64,000 bases of DNA from an uncultured Leptospirales bacterium (lineage in GTDB: Bacteria; Spirochaetota; UBA4802; UBA5550): NCBI GenBank assembly GCA_964649175.1, contig CAZYPA010000001.1:4420-68419 (forward strand), in the 5' to 3' direction. The position numbers and the translations under genes are program-made. Below, one piece after another: positions 10,514 to 20,015 of this stretch. Positions within the stretch are counted from its first letter, which is position 1. Each line of letters begins with the position of its first letter. The notes below the pieces were generated by a model. It ran no database searches. It worked only from the letters and a program-made list of their open reading frames with translations, and had not been told where the DNA came from.

Positions 10514-11332
10514 TCATGTTCCTGGAAATACGGGTTTAGTCCTTTTGCTAAATGACTCCACAGCTGCCATCAAATCGTTTGATGGTATGGTGTAATTACT
10601 CACTGCTGCATTGAATTTTAAAGAGTCATCTATTGATTTCCCAATCCCATATTTTAGCACAGCCTTTGAGGCCTGCACTGCAAGTGGTGAGTTTTCTGCA
10701 ATTTCTATAGCCATTTTTTCAGCCGCAGCAAGCAGTTCGTCAAGGTCTTCATGAACCGAGTTTACAAGATTGATCTCTTTAGCCCTTTGAGCATCTATAT
10801 CCTTTGCTGTAAAAGCAAGCTCTCTTGCCATGCCCTGCCCAACAATTGCAGGAATTCTTTGAAGTACACCCACATCAGCAACAAATCCTATTGCTGCTTC
10901 GCGAAGTGAAAAAATTGCATCTTTGCTGCATATTCTTATGTCGCAGGCTGTTACCAAATCGAGCCCGCCGCCTATACAGTATGAATGGATTGCTGCAATT
11001 ACTGGCTTGCGGCATTTTTCCATGGCTGAAATTCCATCCTGAAGTGCTAAAATTTTTTCAAAAAACTTTCTCTTAACACCTCCATATTGCTGCTTGTCCA
11101 TTAGTTCATTGAAATGCGGAACCATGGATATAAGGTCTATTCCTGCGGAAAAACACGAACCTTTTCCTGCCATTATTATTACTCGGATTTCATCATCCTC
11201 ATCCAGCTCTTTAAAAATCGGAATTGTCTCTGTCCATGCTGGTGGATTCATGCTGTTTTTTTTCTCAGGTCTGTTTAGCCATACCCAGGCAATGGGGCCT
11301 TTTTTCTCAACTGAATAGAATTGATAGCTCAT
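10514..11332 (-). CDS. enoyl-CoA hydratase/isomerase (crotonase) family protein
   Basis: 272 aa. Crotonase signatures: WLNRPEKKNSMN and AGKGSCFSAGIDL. Confidence 0.8.
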   Translation of the reverse strand: MSYQFYSVEKKGPIAWVWLNRPEKKNSMNPPAWTETIPIFKELDEDDEIRVIIMAGKGSCFSAGIDLISMVPHFNELMDKQQYGGVKRKFFEKILALQDGISAMEKCRKPVIAAIHSYCIGGGLDLVTACDIRICSKDAIFSLREAAIGFVADVGVLQRIPAIVGQGMARELAFTAKDIDAQRAKEINLVNSVHEDLDELLAAAEKMAIEIAENSPLAVQASKAVLKYGIGKSIDDSLKFNAAVSNYTIPSNDLMAAVESFSKRTKPVFPGT

Positions 11333-11491
11333 TTTATTCTCCTGTCTTTTTCAGGTTAAATTTTATCCATAGGTTATACAACAATAGATTTAAGGCAATC
11401 CTTTTAATCAGTTCTGTTCAAGGAGTTGTTGATTACAAAATAAAAAAGGTTATGGGCAGATGATGATAAAAAACAGGCAGGGTCCAAAAAA

Positions 11492-11526
11492 GAAAGACCT
11501 CTGATTATCAGAGGTCTTTCTTTTTT
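11492..11526. terminator. bidirectional intrinsic terminator (13-bp perfect stem, U-tracts on both sides)
   Basis: GAAAGACCTCTGA-TTA-TCAGAGGTCTTTC followed by TTTTTT on the + strand and preceded by AAAAAA, which gives a U-tract on the - strand. It lies just downstream of the minus-strand tRNA pair. Confidence 0.6.
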
Positions 11527-11530
11527 AATC

Positions 11531-11612
11531 TGGTGAGGGAAGGATTCGAACCTTCGAAGGCTTCGCCGAAAGATTTACAGTCTTTTCCCTTTGGCCACTC
11601 GGGAACCTCACC
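11531..11612 (-). tRNA. tRNA-Tyr (anticodon GTA), class II long-arm
   Basis: Reverse complement: GGTGAGGTTCCCGAGTGGCCAAAGGGAAAAGACTGTAAATC…GGTTCGAATCCTTCCCTCACCA. The anticodon loop is CTGTAAA. The T-arm is GGTTCGAATCC and the acceptor stem pairs 7 bp. A 3' CCA is not clearly encoded, so the 3' end lies at 11531 or 11532. Confidence 0.85.
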
Positions 11613-11622
11613 AAAGTTTATG

Positions 11623-11695
11623 AGCTGGCGAGAGGAATTGAACCCCCAACAAGCTGATTACAAATCAGCTGCTCTGCCGATTGAGCTACGCCAGC
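11623..11695 (-). tRNA. tRNA-Thr (anticodon TGT)
   Basis: Reverse complement: GCTGGCGTAGCTCAATCGGCAGAGCAGCTGATTTGTAATCAGC…GGGGTTCAATTCCTCTCGCCAGCT. The anticodon loop is TTTGTAA. The T-arm is GGTTCAATTCC and the acceptor stem pairs 7 bp. CCA is not encoded. Confidence 0.85.
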
Positions 11696-11863
11696 TTAAC
11701 AATGGGAATACTGATAATTTTATATGACATAAGTGTCAAACAATTTTTGAAATAATATACTATTTTTTTAAATTCAAGTATTTTTGGCACAAATAAGCAG
11801 TTCGGATTTAATACTTTATGTTCCTTTGGATATTTTTTGAATAATTCATGTTTTTTTATTGTC

Positions 11864-11894
11864 TTGACAGATAAGAGCTATTTAATGATATATA
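11864..11894 (+). promoter_or_regulatory. candidate sigma70-type promoter for the TolC-like/HlyD/ABC operon
   Basis: TTGACA at 11864-11869, then a TG-n-TATATA extended -10-like element about 17-19 bp downstream, about 35 nt upstream of the start codon at 11928. By eye only. Confidence 0.25.
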
Positions 11895-11927
11895 AAAAAT
11901 TATTATCATAATACGTTAAAGGTTGTA

Positions 11928-13277
11928 ATGAAATTTCATAGAAGAATATTGTCATTAGTTATACTTTTAGCAATTATTCCATTAAACCTGGAAGCTTTGC
12001 AACGAAAAATAACCCTGAATGAGTGCCTTAATATTGCTTTGCAAAATCATCCTGATGTTTTTATTGCTATTGAAGATAATAAAAAAAGTGTTGCAGGCTA
12101 CAGAGCAGCAGTAGCATCAAAAAGTGTTTTGATTGATGGAGAGCTTAAAACCGTTGAGTACACTAAACCAGGTTCTAGTGCGAATACTGCGTTTAATATA
12201 CCAGGGCAGGATACTGATATAGGATTGTTTGCAGGTCTTACTGTGATTTATAATCTCTACGATGCCAGAAAAGATCTTCTTACTGAATCTGCTAAAGTAA
12301 ATATAGATATTTCTAAAATTGACAGACAAAAATCATTGGATAACTTAACTTTTAATGTAAAGAAATCCTATTATGGATATTTGCAGTCTAAAAAAACCCT
12401 GGAGCTTTGGGAAGAGATATTTGAAAAGAATAAACGAAAAGCAGATCTTGCACGTCTTCTTTTTGAAAATGGCTCAAGGCCTGTTCTTGATGTAACTAAA
12501 GCTGAACTTGACATGGCTGATGCCCAATTGTTTTATGAACGGGCAAAAAATGATGAAAGGCGAATGAAACAAAATCTTCTCAATTCTATGGGTCTTGACC
12601 AGGATGACACATTCGATTTTTCTCCTGCTGAAGTTGAAATATTCCCTGAGCTTAAATATTCATTAGAAGATCTTTATAGATTAGCGGATATTTACAATCC
12701 CATGATTCGAAAAACAAAACTCGAAAAAAGAATAGCAAAATTAAAAATATCTCAAGAGCGGGCTAATCATTTCCCAAAAATAGATTTGCTATTTGGGTTA
12801 GGCTATGAAAATAAAAAAATTCACCTGGCAGAAAATATTACAGATAACTTTAAAGGAGAAAGCTGGAGCCCTGCTTTTCATGGTTCAATAAGAGCATCAG
12901 TTCCTGTTTATTCAGGTGGGAAAACAAGTGCTCTTGTAGATTCAGCAACAAGTGATTATAATATTTTGTCATATAAAGAAAAAGATATTCTTACAGGAAC
13001 AAAAAATGTAATAAGAGATCAGGTAAGGAGTCTTGATGAAATCAAAAAGCAGATAGAGCTTTCTCTTCTTATTCATGATAATGCGGAAAGGCATCAGCTG
13101 CTTGCTCAGAGGAGTTATGAGTATGGGGATGGTTCTCTAATGGACCTACAGGACGCTGAACTCAGTGTAATTAGAGCAAGGCTGGGTCATCTTGAGGCAA
13201 AATATTCTTATCTGCAGACTTTTGCCGGACTTGCAAATACAATTGGTATTGAAGAGGAGTCAATATGTTTAGACTAA
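11928..13277 (+). CDS. TolC-like outer membrane efflux protein
   Basis: 449 aa. N-terminal signal peptide and the two-repeat OEP architecture with coiled-coil segments. It is followed by a membrane fusion protein and an ABC ATPase. Confidence 0.75.
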   Translation: MKFHRRILSLVILLAIIPLNLEALQRKITLNECLNIALQNHPDVFIAIEDNKKSVAGYRAAVASKSVLIDGELKTVEYTKPGSSANTAFNIPGQDTDIGLFAGLTVIYNLYDARKDLLTESAKVNIDISKIDRQKSLDNLTFNVKKSYYGYLQSKKTLELWEEIFEKNKRKADLARLLFENGSRPVLDVTKAELDMADAQLFYERAKNDERRMKQNLLNSMGLDQDDTFDFSPAEVEIFPELKYSLEDLYRLADIYNPMIRKTKLEKRIAKLKISQERANHFPKIDLLFGLGYENKKIHLAENITDNFKGESWSPAFHGSIRASVPVYSGGKTSALVDSATSDYNILSYKEKDILTGTKNVIRDQVRSLDEIKKQIELSLLIHDNAERHQLLAQRSYEYGDGSLMDLQDAELSVIRARLGHLEAKYSYLQTFAGLANTIGIEEESICLD

Positions 13278-14347
13278 GCAGAAAAGCAGTAACCTATGTT
13301 ATTGCTGCTGTTTTATTTCTCATTGTAGTTTTATTTGTAAGAAATTGCAGCAAATCAGATGAGAAAGAATATGTTTTTGATAAAGTTACTCAAGGAGTAG
13401 TAAAAAAAACTATTGCTGTAACAGGTGAATTGGATGTAATGGAGCCTGTTGTAATCCTTAGTAAAATAAACGGTATAATCCTTAAAACTTACACGGATTT
13501 TAATCAAATAGTTTCCAAAGGACAATTGTTATTAAAAATAGATTCAGTCGCTATAGAGCAGAACATAGAGCGTATATCTGGGCAGCTTGAAAGTGCACGT
13601 CTTGAAATCTTGTCAGCCAAGGCAGATCTGGAAGGGAAACAAAACCTTTTTAAGGATAATTTAATTTCAAAGCGTGCAATGGAGCAGGCTGAAATGAATT
13701 ATAAGGTTGTTCAAAACAAGTATACCCAGATAAAACTTGATTATGAGCAGGTAAAAGCAGAAAGAGATTTTACGAATGTCTATTCTCCCATCAATGGCAT
13801 TGTAATTAATATATACCGTAATAAAGATGATCCCATATCAGTTAATGCCCCGCTTTTTCTTTTGGCTGCAGATCTAAATAAGATGCTCCTCACTATAAGC
13901 GTGGATGAGTCAGATATAGGTTTTATTAAAACAGGACAGCAGGTGATTTTTACAGTGAGTGCTTTTCCTGAAAAACGTTTTACAGGGAAAATTGAACAGG
14001 TGCGAATTAATCCTGTAAAAAGCGGGAGCCTGGTTTCCTATCAGTGCATTGTTATTGGAGATAATGATGAGCTTCTTTTAAAGCCTGGTATGACAGCTAC
14101 TGCAACAGTAGTAGTTGATGAAAAGGAGAATGTAATGCGTGTTTTAAATCAGGCATTAATGGTTTCACCTGAAGACGTGGGGACTCCCAGTCCATCAGGT
14201 AATATGGTTTGGGTTAAGTCCGGAATTGTAGGGAAGCCATACAAAGGTGTTAAGGTTGAAACCGGATTATCAGGAGATCTTTATACTGAAATAATTTCAG
14301 GTCTTACAGACAAGGACGAGGTGCTTATCAGGATAAAGGACAAATAG
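13265..14347 (+). CDS. HlyD/MacA-family periplasmic adaptor (membrane fusion protein)
   Basis: 360 aa. N-terminal TM anchor, a long coiled-coil hairpin (…LESARLEILSAKADLEGKQNLF…), and lipoyl/beta-barrel regions. It overlaps the upstream gene by 13 nt. Confidence 0.75.
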   Translation: MFRLSRKAVTYVIAAVLFLIVVLFVRNCSKSDEKEYVFDKVTQGVVKKTIAVTGELDVMEPVVILSKINGIILKTYTDFNQIVSKGQLLLKIDSVAIEQNIERISGQLESARLEILSAKADLEGKQNLFKDNLISKRAMEQAEMNYKVVQNKYTQIKLDYEQVKAERDFTNVYSPINGIVINIYRNKDDPISVNAPLFLLAADLNKMLLTISVDESDIGFIKTGQQVIFTVSAFPEKRFTGKIEQVRINPVKSGSLVSYQCIVIGDNDELLLKPGMTATATVVVDEKENVMRVLNQALMVSPEDVGTPSPSGNMVWVKSGIVGKPYKGVKVETGLSGDLYTEIISGLTDKDEVLIRIKDK

Positions 14348-14364
14348 TATAAATCTGATTAAAA

Positions 14365-15087
14365 ATGAAAAAGAAAATTATTGAAATAAAAAATCTGACA
14401 AAGGTATATAATCTAAGTGAAGAGGTTAATGTTAAAGCCTTAAAAGGTATTTCTGTAGATTTTCATAAGGGCGAATTTATGGCTATAATGGGTGCTTCAG
14501 GATCAGGAAAATCTACCTTTATGAATATTCTGGGTTTTCTTGATACTCCGACTTCAGGCACCTATATTCTTGATGGCATTGATGGAAGCTCTCTCAATAA
14601 TGATCAAAAGGCTGAAATAAGAAATAAAAAAATTGGGTTCGTATTTCAGGGTTTTAATCTTCTTGCAAGAACAAGTGCGATTGAAAATGTTGAACTTCCG
14701 CTATTTTATAAAGGCGGTGTATCATCCAGTGAATTAAACCTAAAAGCAAAAAGCCTTCTTGATCTTGTGGGTTTATCCGGAAGATATCATCATCATCCTA
14801 ACAAACTCTCAGGGGGGGAGCAGCAGCGTGTAGCAATTGCCAGGGCATTGATCAATGATCCCACAATCATACTTGCTGATGAGCCAACAGGTAATCTTGA
14901 TTCAAAAAATTCAACAGAGATTATGAATCTTTTTACAAGGCTGAATAAAGAAACCGGAATTTCTATAGTAATGGTAACCCACGAATCTGAAATTGCTGAT
15001 TACACTGACAGAAAAATTGTATTTAAAGATGGGGAAATTATAAATGATGAACCTGTCAAAAAAAGAAAAAAAACTTTAAAGAAGTAA
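14365..15087 (+). CDS. ABC transporter ATP-binding protein (MacB/LolD/DevA-type), no fused permease
   Basis: 240 aa. Walker [10 protein letters not shown], signature [15 protein letters not shown], Walker [12 protein letters not shown]. It ends without an FtsX-like permease domain. Confidence 0.85.
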   Translation: MKKKIIEIKNLTKVYNLSEEVNVKALKGISVDFHKGEFMAIMGASGSGKSTFMNILGFLDTPTSGTYILDGIDGSSLNNDQKAEIRNKKIGFVFQGFNLLARTSAIENVELPLFYKGGVSSSELNLKAKSLLDLVGLSGRYHHHPNKLSGGEQQRVAIARALINDPTIILADEPTGNLDSKNSTEIMNLFTRLNKETGISIVMVTHESEIADYTDRKIVFKDGEIINDEPVKKRKKTLKK

Positions 15088-15304
15088 AAACCAAGACCTC
15101 TTACTTCCTCATGTAACCTTAATAAGGGCAGAATAAACTCTTTTTTTAAAAAATTATGTCTTTTTTTGAATAAAAAAATCTATTCTATTAAGACATAATA
15201 TGGGCTTACCGATATATTAAATGTAATTGTTATCTTCAATAAATCATTCCTGGTAAAGATTATTTAGTTTTGGAGGGTAGTAAAACTATTACAGGGGTAA
15301 TCCG

Positions 15305-16201
15305 GTGAAAGAAGTTGCGGCTATAAAAAGATTTAAAAAGTTCTTGCAAGTTGAAAAGGGGCTTTCACAGAATTCTATTTACTCATATACATATGATTTA
15401 AAAAAATTCAGTGATTTTTTATCATCAAAGAATAGAAATATTATGGAAGCCAACCAGGATGATATTCAGCAATTCCTGAAATATGAAAAAACAAGTAAAA
15501 ATAATTCTTCAAGGACTCTTGCCCGTTCACTTGCAGCTATAAGGCAATTTTATAATTTTTTGTCTGATAATCTGGAAGATGGCAGAATTAATCCTACTGA
15601 GAAAATTGAAACTCCCCAGGTTGAAAAATCGCTTCCCGATTTTTTAACTATAAATGAATTAGACAGACTTTTTAATTCCATATCTGAAGAGGATAGCTAC
15701 GAGCTTAGGGATAAAACAATTTTTGAGCTTTTATATTCAAGTGGATTAAGAATTTCTGAAGCGATTGATTTGAAAAAAAGTGATGTTGATTTTGAAAATT
15801 CATTTATAACTGTTATAGGTAAAGGGGACAAGGAAAGGCTTGTGCCTGTTGGGAAGGAAGCTTTAAGATTACTTACAAAATATATTAAAAATTCTAGATC
15901 AGCCATTCTTGGTACAAGGGAGAGCGAATTCCTTTTTGTAAGCAAAAAAGGTTCCCAGCTTAACAGGAAGTCTGTTTGGCGTTTATTAAAAAACTATGTT
16001 GCTGGCACTGAAATTCAAAAAAATATAACTCCTCATACCTTGAGGCATTCATTTGCTACTCATCTTATAGAAAATGGAGCTGATTTAAGATCAGTACAGG
16101 AGCTTTTAGGCCACATGGATATTTCTACAACACAGGTTTATACTCATATGGCCAGAAAGAAGCTTCATGAAATTCATAAAAATTATCATCCAAAGGGTTA
16201 A
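15305..16201 (+). CDS. xerD: tyrosine site-specific recombinase, XerD-like
   Basis: 298 aa. N-terminal core-binding domain and C-terminal catalytic RHSFATHL…GH…TTQVYTH ending in a Tyr nucleophile. Its location a few kb upstream of recJ echoes E. coli xerD-dsbC-recJ. Confidence 0.8.
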   Translation: MKEVAAIKRFKKFLQVEKGLSQNSIYSYTYDLKKFSDFLSSKNRNIMEANQDDIQQFLKYEKTSKNNSSRTLARSLAAIRQFYNFLSDNLEDGRINPTEKIETPQVEKSLPDFLTINELDRLFNSISEEDSYELRDKTIFELLYSSGLRISEAIDLKKSDVDFENSFITVIGKGDKERLVPVGKEALRLLTKYIKNSRSAILGTRESEFLFVSKKGSQLNRKSVWRLLKNYVAGTEIQKNITPHTLRHSFATHLIENGADLRSVQELLGHMDISTTQVYTHMARKKLHEIHKNYHPKG

Positions 16202-16211
16202 TTGCTCTATT

Positions 16212-17396
16212 ATGCGTATTTTTATAAATATAATAATTTCTATCTGTGTGTCAGGCCTTGTATTTTTATCATGTACGCCTTCACCAAAGTATCTGAAAAA
16301 AAAGCAGGCAAGTATTAGCTATGACATCAACTATGTAAATGTTCTTGTTTCAACTGAAAACAAAAAGTTTCAAATTACCTCTAAAGGTGGACTTAAGGTA
16401 ATTGATAAAAAGAGCAATAATATTGTTTATGAAACCAGAAAAGGTGGATTGATTTTTTACCCTGAAAAAATTCTCACACCTTATATTATTGAACCAACAG
16501 GAGAACCTATATTTATAAATGACATAGGGTATAGAGGAAAATTTGAGCTTCATAATCTTCTTGGGAAAATTCATATTGTAAATGTTGTAAATGTTGAAGA
16601 ATATCTCTACAGCGTTATTCCGTCTGAAATGCCTGCTTCATGGAATCAGGAAGCTCTTAAGGCTCAAGCTGTTGCTTCAAGAACATATACATTTTATCAT
16701 CTGCTTAAAAAAAATAAAAGTCAGGCTATCTATGATATTGATAGTACAACAAATTTCCAGGTCTACAAGGGAATAATAACTGAATCTCCTGCCTCTACAA
16801 AGGCAGTGCAGGAAACAAACGGTATTATTATGACTTATGAGCATGAGCCCATACTTGCCTATTTCCACTCATCAAGTGGAGGGAAAACTATTGATCCCAA
16901 ATATGTATGGAAAGGGAGTGACCTGCCATATATTCGCGGTGTTGAATGTAACTTTGATCAGGACTCACCTCATTATAACTGGGAAGTTACGCTTTCATTT
17001 GATGAAATTAGTGATGCAGTTATAAAAAAATATTCCAGAATGGGGAAAATAAAAAGTATCTCTTTTAAGCGTTTTGACGGCAGAGTAGTTGATGTAAATA
17101 TTGTACATAGTAGTGGTAGTATCAGTTTAACAGGTAATGAATTCAGGCTGCTATTTCCAGGCTCAAAAATCAGAAGTACCTATTTTACTTCAGAAAGAAA
17201 TGGCAACTCACTTGTTCTTCATGGCAAAGGCTGGGGACATGGAGTAGGCATGAGTCAGTGGGGTGCAAAGGGCAGGGGAGAACATGGGCAGAACTATAAA
17301 GAGATATTAAGCCATTATTATTATAAAATAAAATTTGTAAAATTTAAAAATAATTATCTTGCTCACAGGATGTCTTCTGTTAATTTTGTCCATTAA
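16212..17396 (+). CDS. SpoIID/LytB-domain protein (amidase enhancer-like)
   Basis: SpoIID signature region …HGKGWGHGVGMSQWGAKGRGEHGQNY… The ORF track starts at 16167, overlapping xerD. The ATG at 16212 (MRIFINIIISICVSGLVFLSC, signal/lipoprotein-like) is more plausible. Confidence 0.75.
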   Translation: MRIFINIIISICVSGLVFLSCTPSPKYLKKKQASISYDINYVNVLVSTENKKFQITSKGGLKVIDKKSNNIVYETRKGGLIFYPEKILTPYIIEPTGEPIFINDIGYRGKFELHNLLGKIHIVNVVNVEEYLYSVIPSEMPASWNQEALKAQAVASRTYTFYHLLKKNKSQAIYDIDSTTNFQVYKGIITESPASTKAVQETNGIIMTYEHEPILAYFHSSSGGKTIDPKYVWKGSDLPYIRGVECNFDQDSPHYNWEVTLSFDEISDAVIKKYSRMGKIKSISFKRFDGRVVDVNIVHSSGSISLTGNEFRLLFPGSKIRSTYFTSERNGNSLVLHGKGWGHGVGMSQWGAKGRGEHGQNYKEILSHYYYKIKFVKFKNNYLAHRMSSVNFVH

Positions 17397-18445
17397 TGAA
17401 GATTGCTGCTGATAATAAAAAATACACTCTTGAAGATTTTAATTATGACCTGCCAGAGCATCTTATAGCTCAATTCCCTCAGGCAAACAGGTCAGATTCC
17501 AGGCTTTTTTTTATTGATAGAAATTCCGGTAGTTTTATCCATTCCAGGTTCAGTTCAATTTTACAATTTTTACGGGCAGATGATGTACTTGTTTTTAACA
17601 ATACAAGGGTTATTCATGCGCGCATTTTTTGTCAAAGAGTACATGGCGGGAAAGTAGAGGTGGTGCTTGCAAAAAAAATTTGCGACACTAAATGGATGAT
17701 AATATGTAATAGAACCAGAAGAATTAAAATAGGGGAAATGATATTCCCAATAGCAGATAAAAACATAAGTTTAAAAGTGATTGAAAGAGTAGGGGAGTAT
17801 TTGGAAGTTGAATCTTCCAGAGCCCTTACTGATGAAGTATTAAAACAAATAGGAGAAATACCCCTTCCTCCTTATATTAAGCGCAAAACAGATTCAGATG
17901 ATGCAAAAAGATACCAGACTGTTTATGCTGCAGAGAGCGGCGCTGTAGCAGCTCCTACTGCCGGGCTTCATTTTACAGATGAAATTTTTAAAAGCATGAG
18001 TGATATGGGGATTGATAAGCTGTTTTTGACATTGCATGTTTCCTGGGGCACTTTTAGCCCTGTTCGTGAAAATGATCTGTTAAAGCATAAAATGCATTCC
18101 GAGGTTTATACTATTGATGAGGAAACAACAGCAGTCCTGAATAAGGCAAGAAGTGCAGGGAGAAGAATTATTGCTGTTGGTACAACATCTCTGAGAGTGC
18201 TTGAAAGTATTTATTGCAATGGAACCTATACTCCCTGTTCAGGTGAAACTGACATCTTTATTTATCCTCCCCACAAGGTTAAATCAATTGACGGTATTAT
18301 TACTAATCTTCATACTCCCTATTCAACACTGCTTATGCTTGTATCAGCTTTTGCAGGGCATGATCTTACAATGAAAGCTTACGAAGAAGCTGTTGCTGAA
18401 GAATATCGTTTTTTTTCATATGGAGATTCAATGCTTATATTGTAA
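17396..18445 (+). CDS. queA: S-adenosylmethionine:tRNA ribosyltransferase-isomerase QueA
   Basis: 349 aa. Conserved PLPPYIKR and AAPTAGLHFT motifs. Confidence 0.9.
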   Translation: MKIAADNKKYTLEDFNYDLPEHLIAQFPQANRSDSRLFFIDRNSGSFIHSRFSSILQFLRADDVLVFNNTRVIHARIFCQRVHGGKVEVVLAKKICDTKWMIICNRTRRIKIGEMIFPIADKNISLKVIERVGEYLEVESSRALTDEVLKQIGEIPLPPYIKRKTDSDDAKRYQTVYAAESGAVAAPTAGLHFTDEIFKSMSDMGIDKLFLTLHVSWGTFSPVRENDLLKHKMHSEVYTIDEETTAVLNKARSAGRRIIAVGTTSLRVLESIYCNGTYTPCSGETDIFIYPPHKVKSIDGIITNLHTPYSTLLMLVSAFAGHDLTMKAYEEAVAEEYRFFSYGDSMLIL

Positions 18446-18495
18446 TAAAGAATAAATGTTGACAATGATAATGAATAAAACATTATTATATTTAT

Positions 18496-19293
18496 ATGAA
18501 AGTTAGTGATTTATTATATCTTTTAGATGAAGGTTTCCCCGTTTTTCTTCAGGAATCATTTGATAATACAGGTAATCAGGTTGTATTTCCGGAAGAGGAG
18601 ATTAGCGGTATTTACATCTGCCTTGATCCTGACAGGTTTGTTATTAATGATGCAACTGCTTTAAATTGCAATCTTATTATTAGTCATCATCCCTTGATTT
18701 TTAAACCTGTGAAATCTATTATGCAGGGCGATGTTAAATCTGAAAATATTATTAATTTAATTTCAAAGCGTATTTCCCTTTTTTCTATGCATACTAATTT
18801 TGATAAAATAATGTATAGCCACCTTGCTGAAGTATTGGGATTTGATAACACTTCAGTTCTTTTGGAAAGGGAAGTGTTTGAGGACAAGCCTCTTGGTCTG
18901 GGATCCTTTGCAGAGATAAACGAGGGTATTGAATTGAAGCTTCTTCTGGATATAGTAAAGGAGAGGCTGAATCTGGATTATGTTATTTTCGCTGGTGATG
19001 AAAACAGCATTATAAAAAAAATTGCTTTCCTGAATGGTTCAGGAGGCAGTTCAATTGAGAGGGTAATAAACATCAATAATCCTGATTGTATTATTACAGG
19101 AGATGTTGGCTATCATCATATAAAGTCAGTAATTGAGAATAATAAATGTGTAATTGATGCAGGACATTTTGGTACAGAAAAAATTTTCAAAAATCTTTTG
19201 GCAAAAATAGTAAAAAGAAACCTGGATAAAGAAGGTGCATCTGTAAAAGTAATTGAATCGGAAATTGAAAAAAATCCATTTAAAGTGTATTGA
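18496..19293 (+). CDS. Nif3-family dinuclear metal center protein (YqfO/YbgI-like)
   Basis: 265 aa. ISHHPLIF metal-binding motif and a C-terminal GH…/GHF region typical of Nif3. Confidence 0.8.
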   Translation: MKVSDLLYLLDEGFPVFLQESFDNTGNQVVFPEEEISGIYICLDPDRFVINDATALNCNLIISHHPLIFKPVKSIMQGDVKSENIINLISKRISLFSMHTNFDKIMYSHLAEVLGFDNTSVLLEREVFEDKPLGLGSFAEINEGIELKLLLDIVKERLNLDYVIFAGDENSIIKKIAFLNGSGGSSIERVININNPDCIITGDVGYHHIKSVIENNKCVIDAGHFGTEKIFKNLLAKIVKRNLDKEGASVKVIESEIEKNPFKVY

Positions 19294-19296
19294 AAT

Positions 19297-19995
19297 ATGA
19301 TGAATGATATAAGTATAATGTTAGAGTTGCAGCATTTTTGGAAACAGGTTATGGCGCATGAGGCAGAGAGAAATCGCAGTAAAAAGTCTATCTCTACCTG
19401 GGAAAATCATCTTAAAAGTGATAAGGATAATTCAGAAAAAAAAGAATTGCAGTATAAATCTATTCAAAAAAAACTTAAAGAGAAAGAAGCAGCTCTTGCA
19501 GATATTGAAAACAGGCTTAAAAAGACCGAGGAGAGGAAAGATTTTTTAAAGTCCACAAGGGAAATAGAAACCAATGAGTCAGAGATTATTAGACTGGAAA
19601 ATGAAAAAGATTTGATTGAGCACGAAGTACTTGAGTTAATGGAAAAGAGTGAAACTTCTGAATCAGAAATGGCTCTGCTAAGAGAGAAATTTGAAGAGTC
19701 TGCTAAACAGACTGCTTTAGATATATCTTCCTTAAATAAAAAGATTGAACAACTTAATGATGAAATTTTAAAAAATAAAAACAAGTTTAATGAATTAAGC
19801 GAAGAGTTGTCCCCTAAGGTAAAATCAAGATTTTTAAAGCTTGTTGCATCAAAAGACGGGATTGCAATTGCCCAGCTTAATGGAGAAATCTGCAGTCATT
19901 GTAATTTCCAGATCCCATCCTCCCTTGCTGCTTCTGTTTCTAAAAATGTGTCTGTAGAAATCTGTACTAACTGTGGAAGATTTATTTATTATTAA
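19297..19995 (+). CDS. COG1579-type coiled-coil protein with C-terminal C4 zinc ribbon
   Basis: 232 aa. Long heptad-rich coiled coil, ending CSHCNFQIPS…CTNCGRFIYY. It is the conserved genomic partner of Nif3. Confidence 0.7.
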   Translation: MMNDISIMLELQHFWKQVMAHEAERNRSKKSISTWENHLKSDKDNSEKKELQYKSIQKKLKEKEAALADIENRLKKTEERKDFLKSTREIETNESEIIRLENEKDLIEHEVLELMEKSETSESEMALLREKFEESAKQTALDISSLNKKIEQLNDEILKNKNKFNELSEELSPKVKSRFLKLVASKDGIAIAQLNGEICSHCNFQIPSSLAASVSKNVSVEICTNCGRFIYY

Positions 19996-20015
19996 AATAC
20001 CGGGAGACAGCTTTT

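Noticed and set aside
11533-11727. 64-aa + strand ORF (MREGFEPSKASPKDLQ…)
   Set aside because: It lies entirely over the two minus-strand tRNA genes (tRNA-Tyr, tRNA-Thr). It is a translation artefact of structured tRNA sequence.
15153-15199. dif (XerC/D) recombination site next to xerD
   Set aside because: The inverted repeat does not match the conserved dif core (…ATAATGTATATTATGT…-like).
11531-16201. Genomic island integrated at tRNA with phage-type integrase
   Set aside because: The recombinase has XerD-type N-terminal and C-terminal signatures and conserved linkage to recJ. No obvious tRNA-derived direct repeat was seen. I kept it only as a hedge inside the efflux-cassette finding.
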